From Candidatus Hydrogenedentota bacterium (GTDB lineage: Bacteria > Hydrogenedentota > Hydrogenedentia > Hydrogenedentales > CAILVY01), in NCBI GenBank assembly GCA_903837785.1, contig CAILVY010000392.1, forward strand, positions 1,140 to 65,139: DNA of 64,000 nt, in the 5' to 3' direction. The notes below the pieces were generated by a model. That model saw only the letters and a list, made by a program, of their open reading frames with translations. It was not told the origin of the DNA and made no database searches. The position numbers and the translations under genes are program-made. The stretch's first letter is position 1. Each line of letters opens with the position of its first letter. Positions 26,301 to 35,500 of the stretch are shown one piece after another.

Positions 26301-29300
26301 CCCACGGAGGAAATCGACCAGAGCATCACTTCAACGCTCGGCAGCGAGAAGGGGCTGGCCGCCGTCGACAAGTGGTGGGCGCGCGTCAATCCCAAAGACC
26401 CGGACAGCAGCCCCTCCAGCACGCCCTCGAATATCCGCGTGGCCACCGACGACCCCAAGAATCCCGGCGCACTCGCACCCGAAGAGCGCCGCATCAGTTA
26501 TACCGCCGCGGGCAACGAGGCCATCAAGATCAACGAACTCATGGTCCGCGCCGTCCGCCGCGTCGAAGCGGAAGCCGTCACGCACCAGCCGCATATCGGC
26601 GTGCGCAGATCCTTGAGCTACATCCGCCTGAATGACTTCTCGGCCTACACCAACCTGATGGCAATGGCCGACATCCGGAACTATTACCCCTCGCCGTCCC
26701 AGGGCCTGCCCGAGTTTGACCTGGATGTGTTGCCATTGGGCGGCTGGACCAACCCGCGCGTGGCCAATCATGTGCTCGGCCCCAATCCCGCCTTTGGCAA
26801 TATGAACCCGGCCTTCTGGACCGGTAATTCAGACAATGTCATTCAGTTCATCTTCCTGCCTTCGTCAGGATTGCCGGAAGGCCGTTACTTCCTGACGCTG
26901 AATACGTTAAATGAGCAGAACCAGCCCACGATCACCGGGCCGGATCAAATGCAGTACGCAATCAAGTATGTGGATGTGGATGCCAACGGTACGCCGCTGC
27001 CCACCAGTACCACCATTCTCGGCGATATTGCCGCCGCAGCAACCCCTGCCGCGCTTGCCGCGTACTACGACCTCAACTGGGCGTCGGTTTCCTCGGAAGA
27101 GGTGGGATGTCGGCCCGGCGAGCCGAAAGGTTGGGTCTTTCTCGATGGCACTCCCATTCCCGGGGTATTCCCCAACCTCAATCTGGCTCCCAATCAGGCC
27201 CCGTTGAGCGATTACTACCTCGACGGCGGCGGCGCCGCCGGGGCCCCGCTGGCCTACCCCACGCACACGGTTACGATCCCCCCCGTTGCGAGCGGGAGGG
27301 CGCTGTGTGTTGCCTTGCGCATGAGTCCCAACCACCCGAATCCGTTGCGGGGCTTTGCCGTCAACTTCTTTGACTTCAGTCAGGAGCCGGACCACGAGTG
27401 GGTCGAGCTGGTGAACGTGTCGGATCAGCCGGTGGATATCGGAGGCTGGGATCTCGAAATCGGCATTCCGAACCCGCAGAACAAGCCCGATACGAACACG
27501 GACCCCTTCAAGTCCCGGTGGTCCGTGCCCGCGGGAACCAAGATTGGGCCGAACGGCCACGTGCTCCTGAGTTTCGAGTCCGAGAGGAACCATCCAACGG
27601 ACTCGAAGTTCGACAAGTTCCAGTTGGCCACGTTGCTGCCGAATGTCCTGAATGTGGACGGGATCGGGCTGGAGCGATGCGCGACCGAATTGTGCAATGT
27701 CGCCGACCCCGCCCAGGCCCTGAGCTTCCTGAACAACGTAACCGTCCCGCCCCTCTTTGACCAGTCCCGGTATTGGGGGGCGGAGCCGCTCTATGGCGAT
27801 GCTTCCGGCACGCTCACGATCTTCGGCGACCTCAGCGGAAGCGTTTTCGAGCGGAATTACCTCTGCGGCACGACTTTGCCGCCGCAGAAGGATCGCCGGG
27901 ACTACTTCATCGATTACATTGACAACAACGGCGACGGCGTGTCGTCCGCGTTCATGGTCCAGGCGCAGCAGGTGCCGCCCCTGCAGGATTTCGCGGACGA
28001 CCGGCGCACGGACAACGCCTATACGGAGAACGGCCAGCGCATCGACCCGAATCAGCCGGATGCGGCAACGAACGGCGTTCAATCAACTCCTTTGGATTTC
28101 CCGGGGCAACTGCTCAGCGATGCCGCGTTCATCACCTACGTCGACAACGATCATATTCCGCTGGCCGCGAAGCCGTGGGACCGGATTGTCAGCCTCGAAA
28201 ACAAGGTCCTCTGGCGCGAGAATGGGCAGAATCCGAAATCCACGCCGGTCACCCTCTATGATCAGGCGTTCGACCCCCTGGCCTCGGTGGGCAACCCTTA
28301 CCTGCCCGTGGCCAATCTCGCGCGAATCGTGCTCCAGGGCGGGTTCCTGCCCGACTATCCCGAACGCGACGGCATCGACAATGACGGCGACGGCGCCTAT
28401 CTGAACTGGGGCATCGACCCCATCACGGCCCTGCCCAGTCCCGTCGAATACATTCCCGGAACGCTCGACAAGGACGGCGTGGACAATGACCTCGACGGTC
28501 TGATCGACGAGCGCAGCGACGGCCAGGACGTGAACAAGAATTCTGACATTGTTCAGGACGGGGGCGACCTTCCCCGCGGCTTGTACGGAAGCGAGGGCGT
28601 GGACGAAGGGCGCTATGTCGGCGCGGGCGAGTATCGTCCCGCACCGCTGCCGGCGATCTTCCTCAACAACCACCACCAGGACAATCTTGCCGACGACAAC
28701 CCGGACGGCGTGTACCCGACGGACGTGCAGTGGCCGCTGCTCGAGGTGCCGGGCGAGAATGCCCTCGCGCCGGATGCTTACCCCTTCTGGTTCCGAAATC
28801 CCGCGCTGTTTGCGATGGACCCGGCCGGATGGTCTGACCCACTTGCGGTCGCTTTGTTCACCGATGTAGACGGGCTCCCGTCTCTGGCCATCAATGTAAC
28901 CCTTCCCCAACTCTCCGCCACGCTTTCTTATCCTTCGGTCGATCTGGTGCCAGGGGCAAGATACCGCATCGAGTGCACGCTGAGTCTTCCTTTCAACGAC
29001 AACCTGACTATCCAACTGGGGGATGGCGGTCCGTCCAGCCGCCTCGTGATTCCACCCACGGCCGCGGGCGGCGCGTTTGTTGCCGAACTCGTTTGCACTG
29101 TCAATACGGAAGCCTTCCTCCGCATCACGGTGGACGATGTGGGTCCGCCCGCTGGTGCGGTCTGTAACATCACCCGCTTGCGTGTGACGGCGCTGGACGA
29201 GTTCTACAAGGCCATCGACGTTCGTCATAACCCTGCAGGCTGTCTGTCTCCCTGTACTTCGGTGGAGTGCTGCAATTTCGTCTCGCGCCTCGGTGACAGC

Positions 29301-32300
29301 CGTCCCGGAATCTTGGCCGCGTGGAGCTGGCTGCATCCGGAATGGGCGGCCTGGTTCACCTTCGACCCGACCGGCACCCTGGTTAACACGCCCATTGAAG
29401 ACACGCCTTATCTGGGGATGGAGAAGGATCCCCCGGATTGGCGGGCCTTCCTGGAGCGGCGCTGGTACCCCGGCGACAACGTTATCGTGACGTTGTATGC
29501 GGGCAGCGCCGACACGGGCAAGGTGGCGGACCGGGTGACGTACCGCGAGTACGACGTGACGAACCGCGCTATCGACGACATGCTGCCCTGCCCGTACTTC
29601 CTGGACGGGATCGACCTGCAGGATCCCACGGTGGCCTATAACCCGAACCCCGGCGAGCGGGATCCGCTTGAAGTGCCGTCGCTGAATCCGGGCGTGTACA
29701 ACTCGTGGTGGCAGCCGGATCAGATGGCCTTTGACTTCTATCGATCGCTGGAGCGCAAGGATCCGCTGTACAACGGCGATCGTTTCGGCACGTCGAACCG
29801 GTGGGAAGCCACGGACGGCAATTACGACGACTGGGCCGAAAGCCTGACCCTGGCCACGGCCGGGATTCCCATGGATACGTTCCCGTACAAGATTACTGAC
29901 GGGAATTCGGACGGCGTGCACATCCTCAACCGTTTCGCCGTCGGGGACCTCACGCAACAGCGGGACACCGCGCGCCTGTTGCTGCACTGCTTCAGTGCCT
30001 CGCCCCTGCGTATGAACTATGCCGCGCGGGTGCGCTCGAATCCGCTGGACCTGGTGCGCCTGCGCGCGCCTTCCATGAGCGTGATCGTGCCGCAGCAGGT
30101 CGACCGTCCGCTGGCGCAGTTCAACGCCCGCGAGAATCTCGACCTGCAGTACCTGAACGGCGCGTCGTACCCCATCATTAACTACGACTGGGCGGCGCGC
30201 CATGTGCCGGAGACCGATCTGGTCAATCCGCCGGACGCTGCGGACATTCATCACCTGCCATCGGCCGGGGCGATCGTGCATGACCGGCCGTTCCGCAGTG
30301 ACGCCGGGCTCGCGCGCCTGCCGCACCTCACCTTCGACCACCGCATGCTGAACGTGGCGGCGGCCTACAACTTTAACCCGTTCTTCGCAGATGGCAGCTT
30401 CCTCTACGACATGAGCCACCTGAATCTGGGCGTGTTCAAGAATTACTCGACCTACAATGTCGAAACGCTCGGGTTCCAGGACGTGGCCCTGCGCGGCGCG
30501 GTGCTCGGCCAGGACGAAACGAACCTGAAGACCGTGGGCAACACGCTTCACGAGTCCAGCGACATCATGTCGCTGAATCCGATCGTATTGACGGTCGGCA
30601 CGGCGGAATTCACGCCGATCCGGCCCAGCCCTTCAAACAGCCTCGGCGGCGACCCTGTGCTGGTCTATCCCGCGGGGCAGGATTTCCAGGATCTCATGAG
30701 CTGGTTCGGACCCGGCGGGAACGTGGTGGCGCCCGCCGCCTGGATGCCCGTCTTCCTCTTCGAGCTGCCCTCGGACATGCAACTGCTCACGGTGGACAAC
30801 CTGCCCAAGCTGCCGAATCAGTACCCGTACTATCCGCCGTATCCGGACGGGTATAACCTCTACGCGGGCATGGGCCTGCTCACCTCGCCGCAGTTCATGC
30901 TGGACCCGGACTTCCTCAATGTGGGCGCCGGGATGAAGTTCGCCGGGGCGATGGCGCGGGACGACCTGGCGCGGCGCTGGCCGCTCGAAAAGCGCGCGTT
31001 CATGTACGTCAGCGAAGTGCGGCAGGGCGTCAACAACGACGTGGTCGTGAACAACGTCAAGAAATCGATTCACCGGCCCGAAGCCCTGTTTTCGTGGGAT
31101 GCGGCCGACGGGCTCGAGAACGGCGAGTACTACGTCTTCGTCGGCACGTACATCCCGGAATTCAAGAAGTGCTTCGACCAGGCCGCGGCGGTCGAGCCGT
31201 TGTTCAGCCTGCCGACGATGCTGCTTACGGGCACGCCCACGGGATTCTCGCCACAATTGCTCCTGAGCCTCGATCCGACGCAAAACGTGGTGCCGCAACA
31301 TCTGTTTGAACCGCGCCTGGCGCTCGAAGTCATCACGGACCGGACCCGCGCGCAAGGCCAGGCCCTGCAAGGGGCCGGCGGCGACGTGCCGGGCCTCGTC
31401 TATCCCTCTGACTGGAATCCGTCCGAGGAATACCGCCCGGATTCGGATGGAATCATTGCCTATGGTTCGACCGCCCAAACGAGCTGGCAGCCGCAGGTCG
31501 TGCGCGTGACCGACCACTTCCTGGCCTTGCGCGTGCGGAACATGGGCGATCCGGGGCAGGTGGCGGCCGTCACGCAGGTGGTGCTCGCCCCGCGCAAGCG
31601 CCTGCCCGGCAAGGTCAACCTGAACACGGTTCAGAACCGGATTATCCGAAGCGGCACGGCGGATCGCCTCTTCAATCCGCTGCTCGGGCTTCCGGGTGTC
31701 GTCGATGTGATGACCACGCTGATTGATCCGAATCCGGTCTACCCGACGCCGAACGACAAGACGCCGCGGGCCATGGGCTCGCCCATCCTGGCCAACGACG
31801 ACCTGGGCTTCCCGACGGCGACGGCGGCAGGTCCGACCGCGCCGTGGTCCGCGCCTAGTGCCTGCGCCGCAGGCCTTGCGATGCCGCCCGTGGCCAATGA
31901 GGTCACGGCCACCACCCCGAACGGGACAGACCTGCTGGCGGGGGCCTATTCGACGGCCGCGCGGCCCGAGGACGAAATCGCCGCGCTGCGGCTCAGCGCG
32001 CTGATGATGAACGGGCGCCAGGAACACGCGGACGGACGCTATTACGAGAGTATCGCGGATCTGCTCCGGGACGCCCTGGCCAAGCCATACACGGAAGCTG
32101 CCACGGGCGTGGTCAAGCGGGTCTATCCGCTGAGCAACGATGCGTCCGGCGAGCGGCGATTCGACGAGGCGGTGGCGCGTTTCCAACGCATGGCCAATCT
32201 GATCACGGTGCGTTCGGACGTGTTCGAGATCATCGCCACGGTGCAGTCCGGTTACGGCATCGACTATGACGGCGATGGCTGGGTCAATTACCGCAGTCCG

Positions 32301-32396
32301 GAATTCGTGACCACGGCGGAGAGCAAAGGCCGGCTGGTGTATGAGCGGCGAACGCCCGCGGCCCAGGCCGGCCAGCCCATGAAAAACAAGAAATAA
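23364..32396 (+). CDS. Giant (3,010 aa) GspK/PilX-class pseudopilin-like protein with Ca-loop motifs and a lamin-tail-domain-like core
   Basis: Uninterrupted 9-kb ORF. It carries five GspK landmarks, collinear with the 563-aa gspK: an anchor GAALIIAIGIMVILLAIALTFF without Glu5; VLITDEASKASLNA (25107-25148); an HhH-like LNDIDQIKQVNGIGDTIFDRL (about 25624-25704); GKVNLNTV (31608-31631); and NLITVRSDVFEIIATVQ (32196-32246). ATG 23364 has AGGA upstream. Confidence 0.8.
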   Translation: MRHIMRRRNDSGAALIIAIGIMVILLAIALTFFAVSRLELTTATNVTNAVRADNIADAANAIAIHGLNNEFIRHPNVTSTDHAWRTYFNGAAFAGKPWAMRNGVPLQAGGVPLIDLSKFDLASTLFVRFPDNYVEPLYRGERTMNWLYIPRFEGGVPVFYSQATLEYANGAVVSVPYAPFNALNNPFVTSDYYGRPSVNNSPLFGVPPNEDDGLQYPTEQIDAWTDVDNDGDGLRDSLWLPIPADLFFPSDGVDNNLNGLMDESQENTFNQGGDEDGDGYIGWYRESEILGRRLDPSLPGDRDTLPNGNFDPDEAMEAGVFVYNGLGEPVDLGDGVPKRFGDGLDNDGNGQVDEAAEDRLFLSAPLPGIWIPVDFNADGIPGDLVPDATGQAKPLRVKVPDTIRVLLAGGAVATVGVADVDKLDNDFDLFVNNYSTYAYVGPNTHNAEAYPPYRLRGYRYLGSDGTNQFWDTQEDPSAINSNLPAGDLFYTAAWILPGNWNVKDLDLYALPRSRAYRDINLQTSFGGVAGLVFDPPIGDYQKLNADGTMTAVHVDYATLVAQSLRITHSGEPVCELAGRMAVLITDEASKASLNADGGHSYREGPDTMARALNEGASAAEYDTRVLPDFGVGRSAQAWSVLTGSPDGTGILPADKTPYGYDKSFPGYGRTDDNSNLFLLAFNGRDDDGDGLVDEGLRIPQPGDPDYPGKWFEYIQQLGFFEGIDEPQELQRSAPLRNEIAERQFNEIGSLGDRQLNDIDQIKQVNGIGDTIFDRLRNLITVHSTDRNVAYVQDAFGNHRAAHRLDFNYAGAKQIAAQLLTYGDFAPATRRSDLFTNFDNAMPPGPATQPFFTQVNSAAAFAEGLRQNGARLSAPPIHPVAAGADLVTQLESGGGGFLHVLDPGSEYIPVTNPATQHAFPADPFLEALQIATDVVDNRDFDHARTTLTTEKLDILPVNNIGVPWPASLNDREAVPDAQVLPTEEIDQSITSTLGSEKGLAAVDKWWARVNPKDPDSSPSSTPSNIRVATDDPKNPGALAPEERRISYTAAGNEAIKINELMVRAVRRVEAEAVTHQPHIGVRRSLSYIRLNDFSAYTNLMAMADIRNYYPSPSQGLPEFDLDVLPLGGWTNPRVANHVLGPNPAFGNMNPAFWTGNSDNVIQFIFLPSSGLPEGRYFLTLNTLNEQNQPTITGPDQMQYAIKYVDVDANGTPLPTSTTILGDIAAAATPAALAAYYDLNWASVSSEEVGCRPGEPKGWVFLDGTPIPGVFPNLNLAPNQAPLSDYYLDGGGAAGAPLAYPTHTVTIPPVASGRALCVALRMSPNHPNPLRGFAVNFFDFSQEPDHEWVELVNVSDQPVDIGGWDLEIGIPNPQNKPDTNTDPFKSRWSVPAGTKIGPNGHVLLSFESERNHPTDSKFDKFQLATLLPNVLNVDGIGLERCATELCNVADPAQALSFLNNVTVPPLFDQSRYWGAEPLYGDASGTLTIFGDLSGSVFERNYLCGTTLPPQKDRRDYFIDYIDNNGDGVSSAFMVQAQQVPPLQDFADDRRTDNAYTENGQRIDPNQPDAATNGVQSTPLDFPGQLLSDAAFITYVDNDHIPLAAKPWDRIVSLENKVLWRENGQNPKSTPVTLYDQAFDPLASVGNPYLPVANLARIVLQGGFLPDYPERDGIDNDGDGAYLNWGIDPITALPSPVEYIPGTLDKDGVDNDLDGLIDERSDGQDVNKNSDIVQDGGDLPRGLYGSEGVDEGRYVGAGEYRPAPLPAIFLNNHHQDNLADDNPDGVYPTDVQWPLLEVPGENALAPDAYPFWFRNPALFAMDPAGWSDPLAVALFTDVDGLPSLAINVTLPQLSATLSYPSVDLVPGARYRIECTLSLPFNDNLTIQLGDGGPSSRLVIPPTAAGGAFVAELVCTVNTEAFLRITVDDVGPPAGAVCNITRLRVTALDEFYKAIDVRHNPAGCLSPCTSVECCNFVSRLGDSRPGILAAWSWLHPEWAAWFTFDPTGTLVNTPIEDTPYLGMEKDPPDWRAFLERRWYPGDNVIVTLYAGSADTGKVADRVTYREYDVTNRAIDDMLPCPYFLDGIDLQDPTVAYNPNPGERDPLEVPSLNPGVYNSWWQPDQMAFDFYRSLERKDPLYNGDRFGTSNRWEATDGNYDDWAESLTLATAGIPMDTFPYKITDGNSDGVHILNRFAVGDLTQQRDTARLLLHCFSASPLRMNYAARVRSNPLDLVRLRAPSMSVIVPQQVDRPLAQFNARENLDLQYLNGASYPIINYDWAARHVPETDLVNPPDAADIHHLPSAGAIVHDRPFRSDAGLARLPHLTFDHRMLNVAAAYNFNPFFADGSFLYDMSHLNLGVFKNYSTYNVETLGFQDVALRGAVLGQDETNLKTVGNTLHESSDIMSLNPIVLTVGTAEFTPIRPSPSNSLGGDPVLVYPAGQDFQDLMSWFGPGGNVVAPAAWMPVFLFELPSDMQLLTVDNLPKLPNQYPYYPPYPDGYNLYAGMGLLTSPQFMLDPDFLNVGAGMKFAGAMARDDLARRWPLEKRAFMYVSEVRQGVNNDVVVNNVKKSIHRPEALFSWDAADGLENGEYYVFVGTYIPEFKKCFDQAAAVEPLFSLPTMLLTGTPTGFSPQLLLSLDPTQNVVPQHLFEPRLALEVITDRTRAQGQALQGAGGDVPGLVYPSDWNPSEEYRPDSDGIIAYGSTAQTSWQPQVVRVTDHFLALRVRNMGDPGQVAAVTQVVLAPRKRLPGKVNLNTVQNRIIRSGTADRLFNPLLGLPGVVDVMTTLIDPNPVYPTPNDKTPRAMGSPILANDDLGFPTATAAGPTAPWSAPSACAAGLAMPPVANEVTATTPNGTDLLAGAYSTAARPEDEIAALRLSALMMNGRQEHADGRYYESIADLLRDALAKPYTEAATGVVKRVYPLSNDASGERRFDEAVARFQRMANLITVRSDVFEIIATVQSGYGIDYDGDGWVNYRSPEFVTTAESKGRLVYERRTPAAQAGQPMKNKK

Positions 32397-32400
32397 TGCG

Positions 32401-32423
32401 GCGCGGATCCTGCCGGTCCGCGC
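32401..32423 (+). terminator. 7-bp GC stem hairpin (GCGCGGA-N9-TCCGCGC) followed by TT, 5 nt after the giant gene stop
   Basis: Read from the DNA. The U-tract is weak, so this may be an attenuator or RNA-stability element rather than a full terminator. Confidence 0.3.
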
Positions 32424-32577
32424 TTCCATACGGTACAATAGAGACGGAGAGACAGTAGAAGGCGTCCGGTTTGCGCCCTGGGCCTCGGACAAGCACCTGT
32501 CCCGGCGACCGCACTAATGGTATTATCTTTGACGGCTGTTCACGGGGGTCGTGGCTAGCGTTAGAGGAGATTGCAGC

Positions 32578-35500
32578 ATGAGAGGCTCACACGCGGGGCA
32601 GCGCACCGGCGCGCGTCACGTTAGCATACCCCCATCCGGCGGCCCGTCGTGGTTTCACACCGCGGCACTGCTCGTTCTGTGCGCGGTGATGGGTGCCGGG
32701 GCGTCGGCCCAAACCTGTCTGCTCCTGAACGACGGCTTCGAGTCCGGGCATCAGGACTGGACCGAGCAGACGGACTCGCTCGGGACCGAGGCCATCATCA
32801 CGCAGGACACCACGGCCGCCAGCAGCGGAGACTGGCTCAGCATCTTCCGCGGCGGCGCGGACGTGGGCATCGATGACGGCTTTCTCTCACAGACGGTCAA
32901 CGCCGTATGGAGCGGCATTGATCAAACCCTTATCCACCCCGGAATCGTCGTGCCCACAGGCGGGGCCGGCCTGAGCCTGCGCCAGAGCCTGCCGCTGCCC
33001 GCGGCGATTCCCGGTGCCTCGGTGCATCTGGACTACAACGGACCGGTGGCCTTCTCGGGCGCCAATGTGGTTGCGTTTGACCTGTCCGTGCTTTCCGGTG
33101 GCGATGCCGGAGACACCCTGAGCCTCCTGATCGGCGGGACGGCCGTATTCACCGTGGGCGGAAATGGGGTTGTTCAACTGGGTCCTGCCGGACCGGTATT
33201 CGGCGCCACCTATACCACCGTTACCCTGCCCGTCGTGGCCTCGGGCGACCAGACCGTGAGCTTCGAATGCGCGCAGAATGTCGGGGCGAGCGTCTTCTAT
33301 GTGGACAATGTCAAAGTCGATGGCATGCCGCTCGGGATGCCGGGCGGCTTCGAAGAGACGCCTTCAGTCTGGACCGCAACGCCTGCGGTGGCGCAGGTGA
33401 TTGTGGCGGAACATGCGTCCGAAGGAACGCATGCGGCGAAGTTCGGCTCAAGCCTCAGCCTGGGTTTCCACTTGAAGATCTTCCCCCTGGGCACCGGCTC
33501 TTCTTCCCTGCAGTTTCTGTTGAATGGCGCGGTTCAGGTCGAGATCTTCGACAACGACCTTTACTACACCGGTTATCGGCTCGTCTCCATTCCGTTGCGG
33601 CGTGCGCTCGCGGGGACTTCGCCCGCGGTTGAACTCAGGCTTCAGGGTTCGGGGGCCGGAGTTTTCTATGTGGATGATTTCAGCCTGGATACCCCGGTAG
33701 GTTCGATTGCATTTCCCGGGGGATGCGACGGCCTCGACTGCGCCAGCAGCAACTGGGTGGAATCCAGCGCCAACAGCATCATTGTAGACACGCCTGAAGC
33801 GCGGAGCGCACCCAAGGCGGCCCGCTTCGGCGGATTCCCGTTGACGCTCGAGTGCAGCCTCAACGTTGTTCGTGCCAGCGGCAATGGCCTTGACACTATG
33901 AGGGTGATTCTGGGAGGAGACGAAATCTTCTCCGTGGATTCCAACGGTTCCGTCAGCTCCGCGTATCTGACCGGCCAGTCCGGCGGTCCCTACAGCCTGC
34001 TGGTCTTCGATCTGACCGCGCTCGGTTTGGCCGGCTCGGTCGATCTCGAAGTAAGGAGTCATATCGAGGGGGACAGCATTTTCCGCCTCGACGATTTCTG
34101 CCTGCGGGGCATTACGGACTGCCTTACGGGGAATGCCATCGTCAACGGAAACTTCGAAGGCGGTCCGGCGCCCTGGACGCAGATTCCTGCCGCGCCCGCC
34201 CTGATTGTGCCGGAGCCGGACGGTACCCTTGGCAAGGGCAATGTGGCCAGTTTCGGTTCTGATCCGGTTGCGACGTTTTCGTTCTGGCTGAAGATCGCAG
34301 GCGCCGGCCTTGCGACCGACTCGTTGACCGCAACGCTGGACAACACAACCACCCTCTTCCGCGTCCAGGGCGACGGCACGGACAGTGGAGGAGCCACGGT
34401 CGATTACACGCAGGGCTATGTGCAGGTCCAGGTGACCCGGCCGCTCGTCGATTTCCTGGGATCCCATACCCTGAGATTTGACGCCTCCGTGCACCGCAGC
34501 ATCGGCGCGACGGTCTTTCTGGTCGACGATATCCGCCTCTTCTTCCGCGATCTCAATTCCGGGACCGAGTCGGACTTTGTCCTCAACGGCAGTTTCGAGA
34601 CCGGCGCCACGCCAGAGTCGAACTGGAACACCTCTTCCGCGCAGGTTATCGTGACCGAGGGCGGGAGCAATGGCGCGGCCCATAGCGCGACGCACATGGC
34701 ACGGTTCAGCGCCGGGGTGCCCACCACGGAGAAATCGACCCTGGCGCAGGAGGTGCTCCATGTGCCCCCGTTCCGCGCGCTGACCTTTGACCTGCGCATT
34801 GCGCAGCAGAACCCGGATATCGGCGCCGGCATCGCCAACACGGATGTCCTGCGTGTTTCGGTGACGAGCGAGTCGACCACAACGGAACTCCAGACGATCC
34901 TTGCGTCCGACGCCACCTACGCCAAGGCCGCGTATACCTCGGTCAGCATTCCCCTCATGTCGGCCACCAGCATCTGGAACGACTTCGGTGCACATGACAC
35001 GACGGTCACCTTTGCCAGCGACATCGCCAACGGCGCCGCGACCTCGCAGTTCTACCTCGATAATGTATGCCTGAAATCCGCGGGGGGCTATGCCAATCTC
35101 TCCTGGAACACCTGCGACGTGACGCCTTCGGCGGTCAACTCGAATGCTCTGCGCGTGGTGCAACACAGCGCCGCGAACCAATTCAGCATATCCGCCAACG
35201 TGACCGGTCTCTTTGGCAATGTGCCCATCCGGCTGATCGTGCAGCCCCAGCTCTCGTCTGCAACGGATTTCTCCGATGTGCCCGCTGCCTTCGTCGTGGA
35301 CACGACCTCCACCGGCGACCTGGTGACCGCGACCTTCCCGCTGCCGGCGCTTCCCTTCGTGGCCGCGCCCTCGGGCACCGTGTGCACGGACGGCCTCGCG
35401 ACGGTCCACCTGTTGCTCCTCGGCCCCACGGATTCCGCCGAAGTGGGGTTTGAAGGTCTCGCGGGAGGGAATCAGTTCATCCTCGATACTGTACAACCGG

